A stretch of DNA of 64,000 bases from Lingula anatina (lineage: Eukaryota > Animalia > Brachiopoda): assembly GCA_051362555.1 (NCBI GenBank), contig CM120642.1, positions 16,120,001 to 16,184,000 on the forward strand, in the 5' to 3' direction. Under the pieces are notes generated by a model. The model had not been told where the DNA came from. It searched no databases and worked only from the letters and a program-made list of their open reading frames with translations. The translations under genes were made by a program, and so were the position numbers. Numbering within the stretch: position 1 is the first letter of the stretch; every line of letters starts with the position of its first letter. Below are positions 50,562 to 62,881 of this stretch, piece by piece.

Positions 50562-53500
50562 AGATTTCAACAGATTCCTCATAATCACTAAGCTAAACTC
50601 TGTCCAAAACCTTTGAGAAAATAAAGATCTGCGAAACTATTTTTCAGTTCTATATTATAATTTTGGAGAACCTTGCCCAAAATCGTAAGCTTTCATCTCA
50701 AGTATGGTTTCCAGTCTCGCAAAATATGGTAAATTACTCATGAATGAAATACTAAAGCTGAAGCTATAAGCCTACTGTAGATGGATGAGAGTGGTGCTAA
50801 GGGAGATAAAAAAGAAAGGGTAGCCCCTCAGGTTAGAAAAAAATAGCTAGAGACTAGAAAAGAAGCACTCAAACATTTCTATTTGGCCGTGAGGTGGGTC
50901 GTTGAAAAAACCTGAAGAAAGGTCTGGATTTAAGTAGGGCCTACGAAGTAAGAAACCAAGCGTTTCTTTCCACGACCTTACTTCCTCGTTTGAAGAGATA
51001 CATGTACATTGTACATCGTCCAAAAAAATGCTACATACAAGAAGAGGGAATATTACTGTGACCTATAATTGCATTTTTATTAAATGTATACAAAGAAATG
51101 ACGGCGAGAGTTTTAGAAAGCCATTTATTTGAGACTAACTGTTATCTTGATTCGCTCTCCTTGTTACTTTATCTCTTGGGCACCCGTGATTGGGCGAGAG
51201 CGTGAAAAAAAAACTCGGTCTCTGATTGTGCCAACAGCAAACAAATCGTGTTGAGAGTTTTCAAAGACATTTATTTGAGACTCACCTGTGTTCTGATTCG
51301 CCCACTGTTTGTTCCTATTGAGCATCGTGATTGGTCGAGACCTTGAGAGAAACCCTCGACTTCAGATTGTCACTCAGATAATGTACTTTTGGGAGCAGCG
51401 AGATGCCGATATGTACTTTTCATTTTTTTTTTTCATTTTGTAGGTTTAAAACTCGATTCAAATGAAAAATTATATATGTAATGTATATATATAATCAGAA
51501 ACAATCTCTTGATACACAAATATTATTAAGATTTTGCTTCAAAACTATCCCTATACAATAGTCTAACGCATGCTTTCTGTATTTAATTTTTTTGTTTTCA
51601 TTTAATCAAAGTAAAAGGAGTCTTCGCAAAGAAAAATCCGAGAAGTAGCTTTAATTTCCTGTGTGGACTCGAGGCTGCCATTGCACGTACTACCTGTTAT
51701 TAGAAGTTCACTTTTTTTGATCAAAACCACACTGAAATTATTAAATTAGTGAAAAAATATTGCGCCATATTTTGATTAGATAGCGCCTCATATGTTTGCA
51801 GTGAATTGACAGCGTTAATTAAAATGTTAAGCCCCTCTTCTTATCTATTCTGTAGAAAGGCAGCGCTCACAGCCTAACTATTTCGTAATAAGGTACTGTA
51901 AATATGTAAATACTAATACCTGCAACTGGTTTGAACTCAATGAGAGGAAAACTTGTAAGCGCTGTATTGTATGAATGTTAGTCTTGATACTGACAGATCA
52001 TAACTTAAATGGCAGGTTCAACCCACGTCACTTACCAAATATTGGAGATATATAATTTTTAAATAAACAATATTGAAACCCAAAATATTTTTGTCTTTTG
52101 TGAGACAATATGAAGGGCAAAAGGAAAAAAAATCAGTGGTAAACATTCAATGTGGTCGTGTTAATTTTCACATTTGCGTGTAAATGAACCTGTACGGTTT
52201 CCAGCGACATTTTCCTGCTTTCCGCTCCCAAGCCTTACACGTCTGCACGTGGCTTAGCATGTATTTCGGAAGTTTGCTTTTAGGTCTTAACACTGAAACA
52301 GGATCTCATTTCATGTGTTGACTCATAATTCAACTTTAAACTTACAATGTTACCATGGTTATCAGCTATATGAACCGCTGAGTCGTAAGGCTGTCCGCGT
52401 GCCGCACGTCCTCGTGGTGAATGATTCTCCTAGGTGTAGGATGAGTGCGGTTTTAAAATGAGGTTGAAGCGACTATTTTGCACTGTTTCAGCAGGGGATG
52501 AATCCACGTCACTACTGTCACGATGCTGTCGGGTATAGTATGGAAGATGTTACGCTCCTAATAAACAGAGAAGCCACCTTCCATATTTTAGTTATGATTA
52601 CAGAATTTATGTCTGTAAACATAAATACAAACGCCAGTGGGGAAAAATCATACACACACACACACACTAAAGAATAATGCCAAGCTTCAGTGTATGCAAT
52701 GTACACAGTGAAATACTTTATAGCAACGAAGGGAAATCAATAAAAGTAGATAAGTCTACCACGCAAGTTTCAGACATTCGAAGATAGCACAGGTTCTGTC
52801 AGTGTCAGATATCCAATCACGCCATTGAACCTGGTTCCTTATACGAAACCACCGGCCGCATAGTTCAGCAGATTAAAAAAATGAAATGTGATCAAGACTT
52901 TTTTTATTTTGGAACAGGTGTGAAGGTATAAATTCCTTAACAGTGTTTATGTTACAAGTTTAAAAGGATTTGTTCAGGACAGATATCAGAATATGACGAA
53001 ACTTTCACGTTTCATAAAAAAGGCGACAACCATCGGAAATCCATTTAGTGTCCTGTTAAACTAGAGATTATTTATATTCGAGGCACATAGTGCGGTTCTT
53101 TTCACCAAAATTATCTTCTAGATGAATAACCTTTACGTCATGTATGAAATATATTGCATAATGGCATTAAAATTGGAAATCATACATAGAAGGTAGAAGG
53201 TAATGAGTTCTTGAGGGTACGAAAAAAGATTATGTTTAAATATTAACTGCTGTGGAGAGTTGAATTTGCCATTATGTACGTAGTGGACAGTCGTAAAATC
53301 AAAAATGCAGCAAAAACTCGATTAATCAGTAGTTCGCTTACAACCTAAATACAATATGGAATACATAAAATGTCATTGCTACCGAGTCCTTTCATTCCCT
53401 TTGTTGCTTCAGCTAGCTTTCGTGCATTCTTTCCTTTCTTATGCATTTTCTATATTTGGCCGACCACATAGAGGATATTAATATTATTCATATTGCTCAT

Positions 53501-55359
53501 TGTAAACTGGTTTTACTCCACTCCACCATTTTTTTTTCATTTCACTGCCTTTTTGCACTTTTGAAAGTCGATGTTGGAAAGCACGTGTGCGTTCATACGA
53601 TAGTACTTTCTTTTTAAAGTTCAAAACTGACATCATACTGCTGATGATTTATTAAAACGAATATTTGAATGGATAAAAGCCAAAAAGCGTTTTTCATGAG
53701 ATTATACATATATATGTTATCTGCCGCTAAAACGAGTGCCATGAGGCACGTTAACCGATGTAAAATTTAAAGCTCAAATTCCAAGAATTAATTCTGATCC
53801 CCAGTACGTTATCGCAAACCGAACCGGAGATCTCACGACTTAATACAAGTCCATTATTCTTGTTTATTCGGAGTTCAAATTAACTCCAAGAACAACTAAT
53901 CAACAATTTAACTGAATTCTACAATGTTATTGTAAACAAACAACAAATCATACAGTTCTTTCTCTCATCCCTTTCTATGGTGTAGAAACTAGTCAAACAT
54001 TTTGCCGTATAGAGAATACGCATGCAAGCTTGACATCAGAAAATTGGAAATTCGACCGCGTGCATTCACGTGCACTTGATACGAACGGTTAGGACAATTG
54101 CACGTCACCGTTTTGAGTGATTTATAAATAAAGCTTAAGGCGCATCTATGTGCCTTCTCGTTTTATACCTAGTTTTAGTTTATCTTTAAATATGCGCTTT
54201 TAGCTCAACTTATCAATTTCTTAAACAAGATCAACACGGTGATAATGATTGATCTTGTTTTTTTATGACAAACGCGTGGGTGGTTGTTTATTTCATGGGA
54301 TCTAATTTACATGTTTTTAATGGCATGGTTATATCCGTTTTTAATTAATCCCTTCACTTTACGTGGAACAGGTGTGAAAACGAAACTTGAGCTTGGCAAC
54401 AGCAGTTCCGGGATTTTGCTGCAGTTATTTACTCAAATATTATTAAAACTGGGAACCAAGTATGAGATCTCAAATGGTTTTGATTCTAAAAATATTAGTA
54501 AATAAAGATCGATACTTCAAATAAATGAAAAAAATCTCAAATGCACACTAGTGGCGTCTTCCTTATTTTCCTCAATTTATCAGTGTTCTGTACACAATAA
54601 ATCACACAACATAAGCAACACTTATTACATAATGGAACTTTATTCTCAAGAAATTTAGCTACGACAATAATTCAATATGGAGGTACTATATCAAAAGATA
54701 TCATAAAAATAAATAATAAAATACTGCTTTTCATTTCATCACAAAAAAAGAGCACCTGCTAAAATAGCATAAATTGGCAATGTGACGTGCCAGAACATGA
54801 AAACAGGTTCTCCACCAAATTTGACGCCTTCCATAATCAAATCATCCACTCTCTGGCCTTACAATATCTTGATTAATATCACTTTCAAGGAGGTCGAACT
54901 CTCAAACCTGAAGTATTTTGAACAGATAGATAATTCTGGCATTTGGCGTTTTTACACACGGTACATTAAAAATATGTGCACGGCGCAACTACATATTTTG
55001 GTTTCCTTCGTTGCAACTGAACCCATAAAATATAGCACAGTTCCTGAGCGCACCCATGGGCTGAATTAAATAAGCACACTAAAATCGGGGTATAAGAAAG
55101 CCCCATGAAATTACCCTAAATGCACAGCGTGTTAATGAGGCAAAAGGCCTAAAATTTTTACCTACATTACTCAATGTACTTTTGGCTTGGGAGTCCAAGT
55201 CCCTTTACTTGATTTTCCCTCATGATAATGCTTAGAATGGGGAGCCTCTCTGGCCACATGGGGTCAATAGAAGTCTCTTATAAAATTGTTAAATAACCTT
55301 TTCTTTAATTTTATATCAGGGAATACTAGAGGCCCCTTTGACAATGGGGGCAGTAGGTA

Positions 55360-55410
55360 GATCATCATCATCATCATTCCTCCTCATCCCGTGTGGGACA
55401 TACGGCCACA
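55360..55410 (-). mobile_element. Possible 3' tail of an RTE-type LINE
   Basis: Minus strand gtggccgtatgtcccacacgggatgaggaggaa(tga)n: a short stem-loop plus a microsatellite tail. Confidence 0.4.
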
Positions 55411-55543
55411 CATCAAAAATATATTTCCTAGATCTAATGCTGTTGGAATGTTTCTCTGTCACAAGCATTTTGATTCAAAAATCTATCACTGTCTTATAAT
55501 AACATTTTTAAATATTTCATAAACATCATGAAAACTACAACAA

Positions 55544-56432
55544 GACTACAGGATCAGTGAGGTGATACCGCCTCCGGATATTGTACCACCAGCTGGAGAA
55601 ATCGCATTTATATGGAAACAAAACAAAAGGGGGGCACCACCTCCAGTGTTGTGCTTGACAAGTTCTACAAAATGCAGTTAAGAAGAACTCTCATATATTT
55701 TATGTAGGACATTACAATTTACAACAAAATCATGGATAAATGTAAAAGGTCACATCCAAGGTTGCAAAAAGATTGTGAATATAGGACTTTTCATCCAAGT
55801 TCAATAGTAAATATAAGAGGCTGGAAATTTGCAAGGTGCGGTTCACGGTGAAAAGTAGGTCAAAGATCAAGGTTACAGTTAGATTGCCAGTGTATGTCTC
55901 TATTCAACTTCAACAGTTACTAAGGGCATATCTCTGCAGGTTTTGGAGAAGTAAAGGATGAAAAACTTGCAAAATGCAGTTCATCAGGAAAAGCAGGTCA
56001 AAGATCAATTTCAAGGTTTCAGTAAGATTGGCAGTATATGACTTTCTATTCAATTTCAACAGTAATTATTGGTGTATCTCTGTGAGTTTTGGATATATAA
56101 GGGATGGAAAATTTGCAAAGTGCACTTAATCAGGAAAAGTAATTCAAAGGTTAATTTTAAGGTCACAGTTAGATTGCCAGTATATGACTTCCAATTAAAT
56201 TTCAATAGTAACTAAGGGCATATCTCTGCTCATTTTGGAGCATTTCACATTTTATCTTCACCACTAAATATTGCGAAGTTGTACTTTTTGATAAAGTGCA
56301 ACTCCTAAACTGTATGGCAAAAAAAAAAAAAATCCAGCGCCCAAACAGGGAACCGGCGGAGCCATATGAGAAGGGCCAGGGCTATGGTACCATAAGTACT
56401 GCCAGCGTACACGCTGGTGGTACTAATTAATA
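55544..56432 (-). mobile_element. HINE family B copy 2 (older, three to four degenerate ~146-bp cores)
   Basis: Both termini match the reverse complement of 36355-41347; diverged cores at ~55780-56240. Confidence 0.75.
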
Positions 56433-58345
56433 TAACACTATAACGTGATCATAAAGCATGACTTCATGAAATTGTTTACCGAGAGAATGGAATGTTCATC
56501 AACTTTGTTAAAATTAATACTTTTTTACCATATTTCTCAAATAATATCTCAGAGAGTTTTTGAGTAGACGAACTTTCTCTACGATGGGCTAACCTGTCAT
56601 AACAGGTGTTCATAGCTCATCACACTTGCTAGTTAGTGCTAATATAATCCCTAAGAACTGGGAAAAGAACTTTCCAGAAATAGCTGTATGTAATTATGTT
56701 CAAGCACCTTTGTGAATATCACAGAGTATGAACGTGATCAATCTTGCCAATCCAAAATTTTGTTAAAGCTCCCTTTACACTGGATGGTGTCTTTTCTGTA
56801 TCTCGTAGTACGGCCCTGTTTGAGGGAAAAAAATATAATACTTCATGTGCCAACAACTGGCCAATCATTGAGCATTCATTCTGTGATGCTTGTGCCTCCT
56901 TTCTTTGACCACAGCGACGCCAGTTTCATGGTTACACAAAGGGCACAGAAAGGACACGGTCCAGTGTAAAGTTGGTTTAAGCCCTTAGATCTGGAAAAAG
57001 CACTTCCCCAAAATAACTGTATGTAATTATGTTCCAGTACCTGGGTAAATATCACACAGAGTAAGAATGTGATGACACTTACCAATCAAGAATTTTGTTA
57101 AGGGGAGAGGGGGGGGGGCACAAGGATAAAACGTGTTTGCCTTATTCTGCTGGGTAAATATATAAAACAGAATAAGGCAATTTAAAAGTTGTGTCGCGTT
57201 TTGCTTGTTTTATCATTTTCTTTCTTTTTTCTTTTTTCTTTCTTTTTTTTGGGGGGGGGATTGTGATTGAGAATCAAAAGGAGGAACATATCGGGTGACA
57301 CACCATTCTGTCATACTTTTGGTTATGACAAATTGTCACTAACATATGCTAAGAAAGTACCTTACACTCTGTCTCTCAAAACTGAGCATTTGCCTCTGGC
57401 ATTCTACACAGCAGAATCAAACAATGAACTTCAAATCATTAAAACATTAAATAATTGTGCTCATTACAAAACTAAATTATATTTATATATGATCAATTAC
57501 ATATTTCATAGCATCTTATTATTCAGGCTTATTTTCATCTGAGAGGCTTTTCTCTCATAAATCATTTGTTGTGAAGCAATAGGATAGACATCTCTTCAAA
57601 TGAACATATTGCACAGAAAGAAAAATGAAAGGTTATTGACTGAAGTAATTTGGATGCAGCAAGCACCACTAAGTCTTTTAATAAATAAATAAATACAGTA
57701 AATGAATATATATTTAGATCTTGATCATAAACATATTGTCTATTTACTTTAATGTAGCTACTATGACAGTAACAATAAAACATGTTCACAGCAACTTACC
57801 TTGTCTTTTAATAAAGACGAAAATGTATTCACACAGATATCACATAAACAATAATATATTAATTTTCAGTAACCATAAATAATCCTTTTAAGTTTTTACA
57901 TTTTGACCTAATTAGCATGTAGTTTTAATCAATATGACTTTCAATACACATAAAAATTTAGTAACAGACATGAGCAGATATAAATATATTTACCAAGATA
58001 ACAAACTTCACTTGAACTGAAGGTAGCAAATACTCCCTGAAGCCAGTTGATCTGACCTGGTAATATTAATTAATGGGAATGTTGGCTGGTAACCAAGGGG
58101 AGATTGTACAGTGTATATACTAGTAAAGTATGTTTTTGATGTTTCTCCCATAGATCTAATAACAACACTTAAAAATTTTCTTCCCAGTGTTGATGAATCA
58201 AGTCATTCTAATTCTAGTATATCAGGAGACTGAAGTACAGATAAGGCATCAGGAACATATGGATTGGATGACACAATGGTTCTTCAATAAGTAAAAATTA
58301 CTTAGTCAGAAAGGTTTCATTTATGCTAGATCCTGAAATTTGATT

Positions 58346-58396
58346 TACCTGTTGACTGTTTCGTCTGTTCACTCTGACAGACTTGGTCACAACTGA
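58346..58396 (-). ncRNA. Minimal type-I hammerhead ribozyme variant (G3-C8) in the Penelope pLTR
   Basis: Minus strand reads ucaguu-GUGACCA-A-gucug(ucagagugaa)cagac-GAAA-c-a-GUC-aacagg. The second copy at 60352-60400 (+) has G12 changed to A. Confidence 0.55.
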
Positions 58397-59030
58397 ATTA
58401 CCAACACATGAATAGCAATGACCTCTCCAACAGCATAAAATTCACCAATGAAGAAATGAAGGACAACCACATAGCTTTCTTGGACACAGACATTATAGTC
58501 AAAGCAGATGGATCCATAAAAACCAAAGTGTACAGAAAACCAACTCACACCAACCAGTATCTGGATTTCACATCCCACCTTCCAGTATTACACAAATTGG
58601 CAGTGGTAAGAACATTGTTAGATCGCTGTTACGAACTAGTGACCGAACCAGAGGACAGGATGGAAGAAGAAAACATCATAAAAGAAGCATTGAAACAATG
58701 TAATTACCCAAAATGGACAATAAAGAAGGTGAAACATCAAATGGAAATGAAAAGATCAGGAAGTAAGATATCCAAAAATAAGAAAGACCAGAAAGTGGAA
58801 AAATCCAAAGGACAAGTTACAATCCCATATGTGAAAGGAATATCAGAGAAAATCATGAATGCAATGAGGAAGGAAAACATTCAAACCACACGCAAAACTC
58901 AGAAACTTTCTTGTACATCCAAAAGATAAGATAGAAGACAACAAGAAGTGTGGAGTAGTATATCATATCGGGTGTGGGAGCTGTGACAGAGTCTATGTTG
59001 GAGAGACGGGAAAATTAGAAACAAGACTAA

Positions 59031-59978
59031 GGCCACGCGCGCGCGCACCGATTTTTGCCCGTTCTCCAAAAAAAAAAAAAAAAAATCCCCCCCCCAGCCC
59101 CCAACGAAGTCGGTTGTTGCAAACGTCGTTATTGAATTTGCCAGGAAATGAGCTTTCTGCGCATGCGTATTATCGCCACGTGGAAATGCGGCCGCTTTGC
59201 CGTCAAATTCATCTCTAGGATTACTTTCAAATTACACAACAATAAAAGTCATAAAGAGAACGGGCGCCGTCGTTTTTGATTGGTATGCCATTGATATTGG
59301 GCATGGAGATATCACCTTTTTACAATTGTGCGAAAGGCTGAAAAATTTCGCCCGAAAAATTTCTGTGACATTCTATACAAAGCAGCACATTAATACCAGG
59401 TTTTCTGTAGCGAAAAAAGGGTCAACAAGGGTGTAGAGGTATTTGGTGGGCTGAAGGTCGGACAGGCCACCTGACAGTTTGGCTGCCTCGTGTGAGTTGA
59501 AGTAGACAAAATGGCATCATCCGAAATGACCTTTAATAGATTTGGTAGTATTAAGCATATCTTTGCATCATTTTTTAAACATTTCTGTGAAGTGTTCAAA
59601 ATGCTTTAACATTCTGAGAATACAAATAAAGACACACTCTTTGATTAATATTTGTTTTATTGATTGCTATACCAACTGAAGGCATGAAATAACCTTAAAT
59701 AGATTTGGTAATATGAAGTATATATATTCATGACTTTTTTTTTACATTTCTACGAAGTATTCACAATGCTTTAATATTTTGAGAGCATGGATAAAGACAT
59801 ATTGTTAGTTTGATACGTGTTTCTGTGGTAAAATTTGTGTTTCCAGCTGTGTACTGACAGCATTCCTTTACTTAAGCAGTATTTTTTTGGGGGGGCTGTT
59901 TTTTTTTTTTTTTTCGCCCTCTCGCACCAATTTTGGGGTACCCAGAGGATGTCATCCATAAAAATAAAAAGTGTGGCC
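59031..59978. mobile_element. PIF/Harbinger-type MITE inserted into the Penelope endonuclease
   Basis: GGCCAC...GTGGCC termini with TAA duplication. Removing it restores ACA AGA CTA AAG GAA CAC (TRLKEH). Confidence 0.85.
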
Positions 59979-60931
59979 TAAAGGAACACAAGAAAGATGT
60001 AAAGGAAAATGTAGGTGAGGGAGTTAACACCAGATCCAAATGCTCTATGTCGACAGGAGTTCTACACAAATCTGCCATCACAGATCATATGTCAGATAAC
60101 AACCATGTGCCAAAATGGGACAATGTAAAGGTGCTAACCGGTGAAAATGACTACAGCAAGCACAAAGTTTTGGAATCGATCTGGATAAGAAGGAAGAAAC
60201 ACACCATGAACAGAGATGAAGGAGCACACAAGCTGTCCCATGTGTATGACGACATTGTCAAACCCACCCTGGGGGGAGGGGGCGAGAGGGGCTAACAAGT
60301 CATCATCAATACTGAGATAATTACCTGTTCACCTTCACCTGAACAGGTAATTCAGTTGTGACCAAGTCTGTCAGAGTGAACAGACAAAACAGTCAACAGG
60401 TAAATCAAATTTCAGGATCTAGCATATATGAAACCTTTCTGACTATCAAAACTAAGATCCAATGAAACTATTTTCAAATTTAAAAATTACTTGTTTATTG
60501 TGCAATAAAATGGATTTTCAAATATTAACATCAGTATATTCAAGCCAGATATGTTTAAAATCTCCATCTGTGTGAAGAGATTGCAACCTTGGGTTGCCTG
60601 CTAAAAAACATAACCTACAGTGGTTCCCACTGTTACAGATACTGTACAAAATCAACTATCAAAGTGTTAACCAGATACGCTCAGGTGCTAACATATTATA
60701 GCAGTCCCATATTAACTTTCTGCGTAATATGACGTTACTGCTCGGTACTCACTTTTACTACACTAGTATTAAGAAAATATCATCACCTTTACAATTGCGG
60801 ATATTGTCAGTCTGTTATTTCCCAAACAGCATCCCAAGTCAAGATGATCGGCTAAATTCAACTTCAGAGGTTTCTTTGCCATGAAGTGGCTTCTCTGTAA
60901 AAAATAACATGCAGTATTTACCATATGTACA

Positions 60932-61476
60932 CACTAGTGGGCTAGATTTGGTCTTAAAGTGCAATTTAAATTCACAAGTGATCTTAGATCGCATTCACAA
61001 CGAGTTGTGATCCCAATGTGTCATCCCAATGGAGCCGAGATTTAATGACTATCCCCCCGCAGGGACGACGTGTGGGGAGGCGTGTGAGAGGCGGAGAGAC
61101 TATTAAAAGATTAGGCGGTTTTTCTTTCATGTACGACCGCCATATTTAGTCCCCAGGATTTGTAAAGCCTGGCTCAACTCGTTGTGAATGCTATCTTACA
61201 TGATCTTAATCATTACAACAGTAGTCTTAAAATGGACTGAATCTGCTTTTAAGATCAAAAATGATCTACTTCAGTGGTCAAGCAGTTTCCTCCCCTCACA
61301 ACAGGGGATACCTCCCCTTACAATAGAGGACACCTCTGCTCACAATAGGAGAATGTGTAAGGGGAGACAACTTAATTGGCTGTCAGACTAGAAATGGTCT
61401 TACTCATGTTTTAAGATCATGTAAGACTATTTGTGTTCTTAAATTGCACTTTAAGACCAAATCAAGCCCACTAGTG
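60932..61476. mobile_element. MITE with ~38-bp CACTA-starting TIRs
   Basis: cactagtgggctagatttggtcttaaagtgcaatttaa ... ttaaattgcactttaagaccaaatcaagcccactagtg, with TACA on both flanks. Confidence 0.85.
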
Positions 61477-61897
61477 TACAAAATAAGACTAAAACAATTT
61501 GATCCATAGACAAAGAGCACATTCAGAACAGCGGACTAACAGATCCACGGATCAAATATGGCCACCGACTGAAAAGCTTGATGCTTAATTCCCGATTAGA
61601 CACTGAAAAGATTCCCTGCAGGGATTATGCAACAAGCATTCAAGTGGGTCAGCCAAATTTCATCTTCTCCGTGGGTTGTTTACAGCTCTCAGAATGCGTG
61701 GCTTTTTCAGTTCCTATGTTTACTTAGTAATGATCTATGATCTTGAGAAAAAATGAATTAAAGTTAGCACTAGACTGTTCACTAAACAATGTCTCCTTAC
61801 TTCAGTGTGTCTGACAATGGCCCAAGTATTGGTATTAGTAAGTTTTCATTAAGTGTTGAAAATTTCCTCAATATGAAAAGCAGCACTACGCATATTA

Positions 61898-62113
61898 GAC
61901 TGCATTCCCACAGATTTTTAGATTGACCTATCCCCCTGGGGAGCCTCACTAGATTGGTGTCAGCTTAACCGGCGTAAATGTCTGGTTCGCCTACTAAAAG
62001 CTGTAAGGGGGTAATTAACTATAGTGCACGCTCGGCTGACAGCAATTTAGCATGAACCCCTAGGTAGTTAGGTCCATCCAGATGGATCGATCTAAATCTG
62101 TGGGAATGCAGTC
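61898..62113. mobile_element. Harbinger-type MITE
   Basis: gactgcattcccacagattt ... aaatctgtgggaatgcagtc with TTA on both flanks. Confidence 0.8.
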
Positions 62114-62453
62114 TTAATCTCTAGCAGGATAGTGACTTCCAAGTATAATGGTGTCACTATTACAAGACAAGGTCTCATTAGCCTCATGGATGGTTATAGA
62201 CTCTCAAGGCATTCTGGTCGCTTAACTTTTGAGTTATATTTTTATTTACAGAGAGCTTTTGGGTATAATGAAACATATTACTTGAAAGTAATGCAAATAG
62301 CACGGTGTATGACTTGAAAGTGAATTATGACTTGAGCAAAAATGTTCATTAGCTTGGTAGTTGGATCATACATGAGAAATATCGAACACAAGCCGAAATA
62401 TTTTCATACTGTTAGCTTATGGCCGACCTGGTCAAAGGCCTTCATCAGACATT

Positions 62454-62524
62454 AGGGGGAGTTTCATATTATGCCCTTGTATTAAATTTGACAAAGTACA
62501 AGGGCGTAATATGAAACTCCCCCT
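62454..62524. repeat. 71-bp hairpin (internally deleted MITE)
   Basis: agggggagtttcatattatgcccttgta / tacaagggcgtaatatgaaactccccct: 28-bp arms with one mismatch. Confidence 0.8.
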
Positions 62525-62881
62525 TCTGTGCAGCACATGACTATGTTAAATGTCAGGAGGACAGATGGAGGTTTAAGATTCATTTAGAACATAGTTACCT
62601 TTGTCAAGGAATTTATGTTTTTGGTTCTGTCTTTTTATCTGCATGTTAGCAACGTAAATGTTACAGACATATTTTCATTCTCCTTTTAAAAACTATCAAA
62701 GGTGCTTTAAGTAACAAAAGATTAGATTTTGGAGGTGCTCAGGACTATCAATTGTTATATTGTGTATTGCAAATATGAGGAAATTGGCAGATATTTTTAC
62801 TTTGTTTAATTAAAAATGGTACAAAATAATCCAAGTGCAGGGACAGGACATGCAGTGATTTTTGAAAAAAAACATTACCTT

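Larger units (their letters stand above)
58304..60480 (+). mobile_element. 5'-truncated Penelope-like retroelement (RT C-terminus/thumb + GIY-YIG endonuclease) with inverted pLTR fragment and 12-bp TSD
   Basis: IKFTNEE..IAFLD..VYRKPTHTNQYLDFTSH..K (PLE RT end); GVVYHIGCGSCDRVYVGETG..TRLKEH..SAITDH..LESIWI..MNRDEG (GIY-YIG). 58304-58402 is an inverted copy of 60346-60444. TAAAAATTACTT at 58292-58303 and 60481-60492. Frameshifted and interrupted. Confidence 0.92.

Noticed and set aside
52911-54379. Repeated GGAACAGGTGTGAA (E-box/T-box-like) at 52911 and 54365
   Set aside because: Two 14-mers are too little evidence for an enhancer call
62454-62524. Pre-miRNA
   Set aside because: Near-perfect arms among other MITEs fit a collapsed transposon better, and no expression data are available
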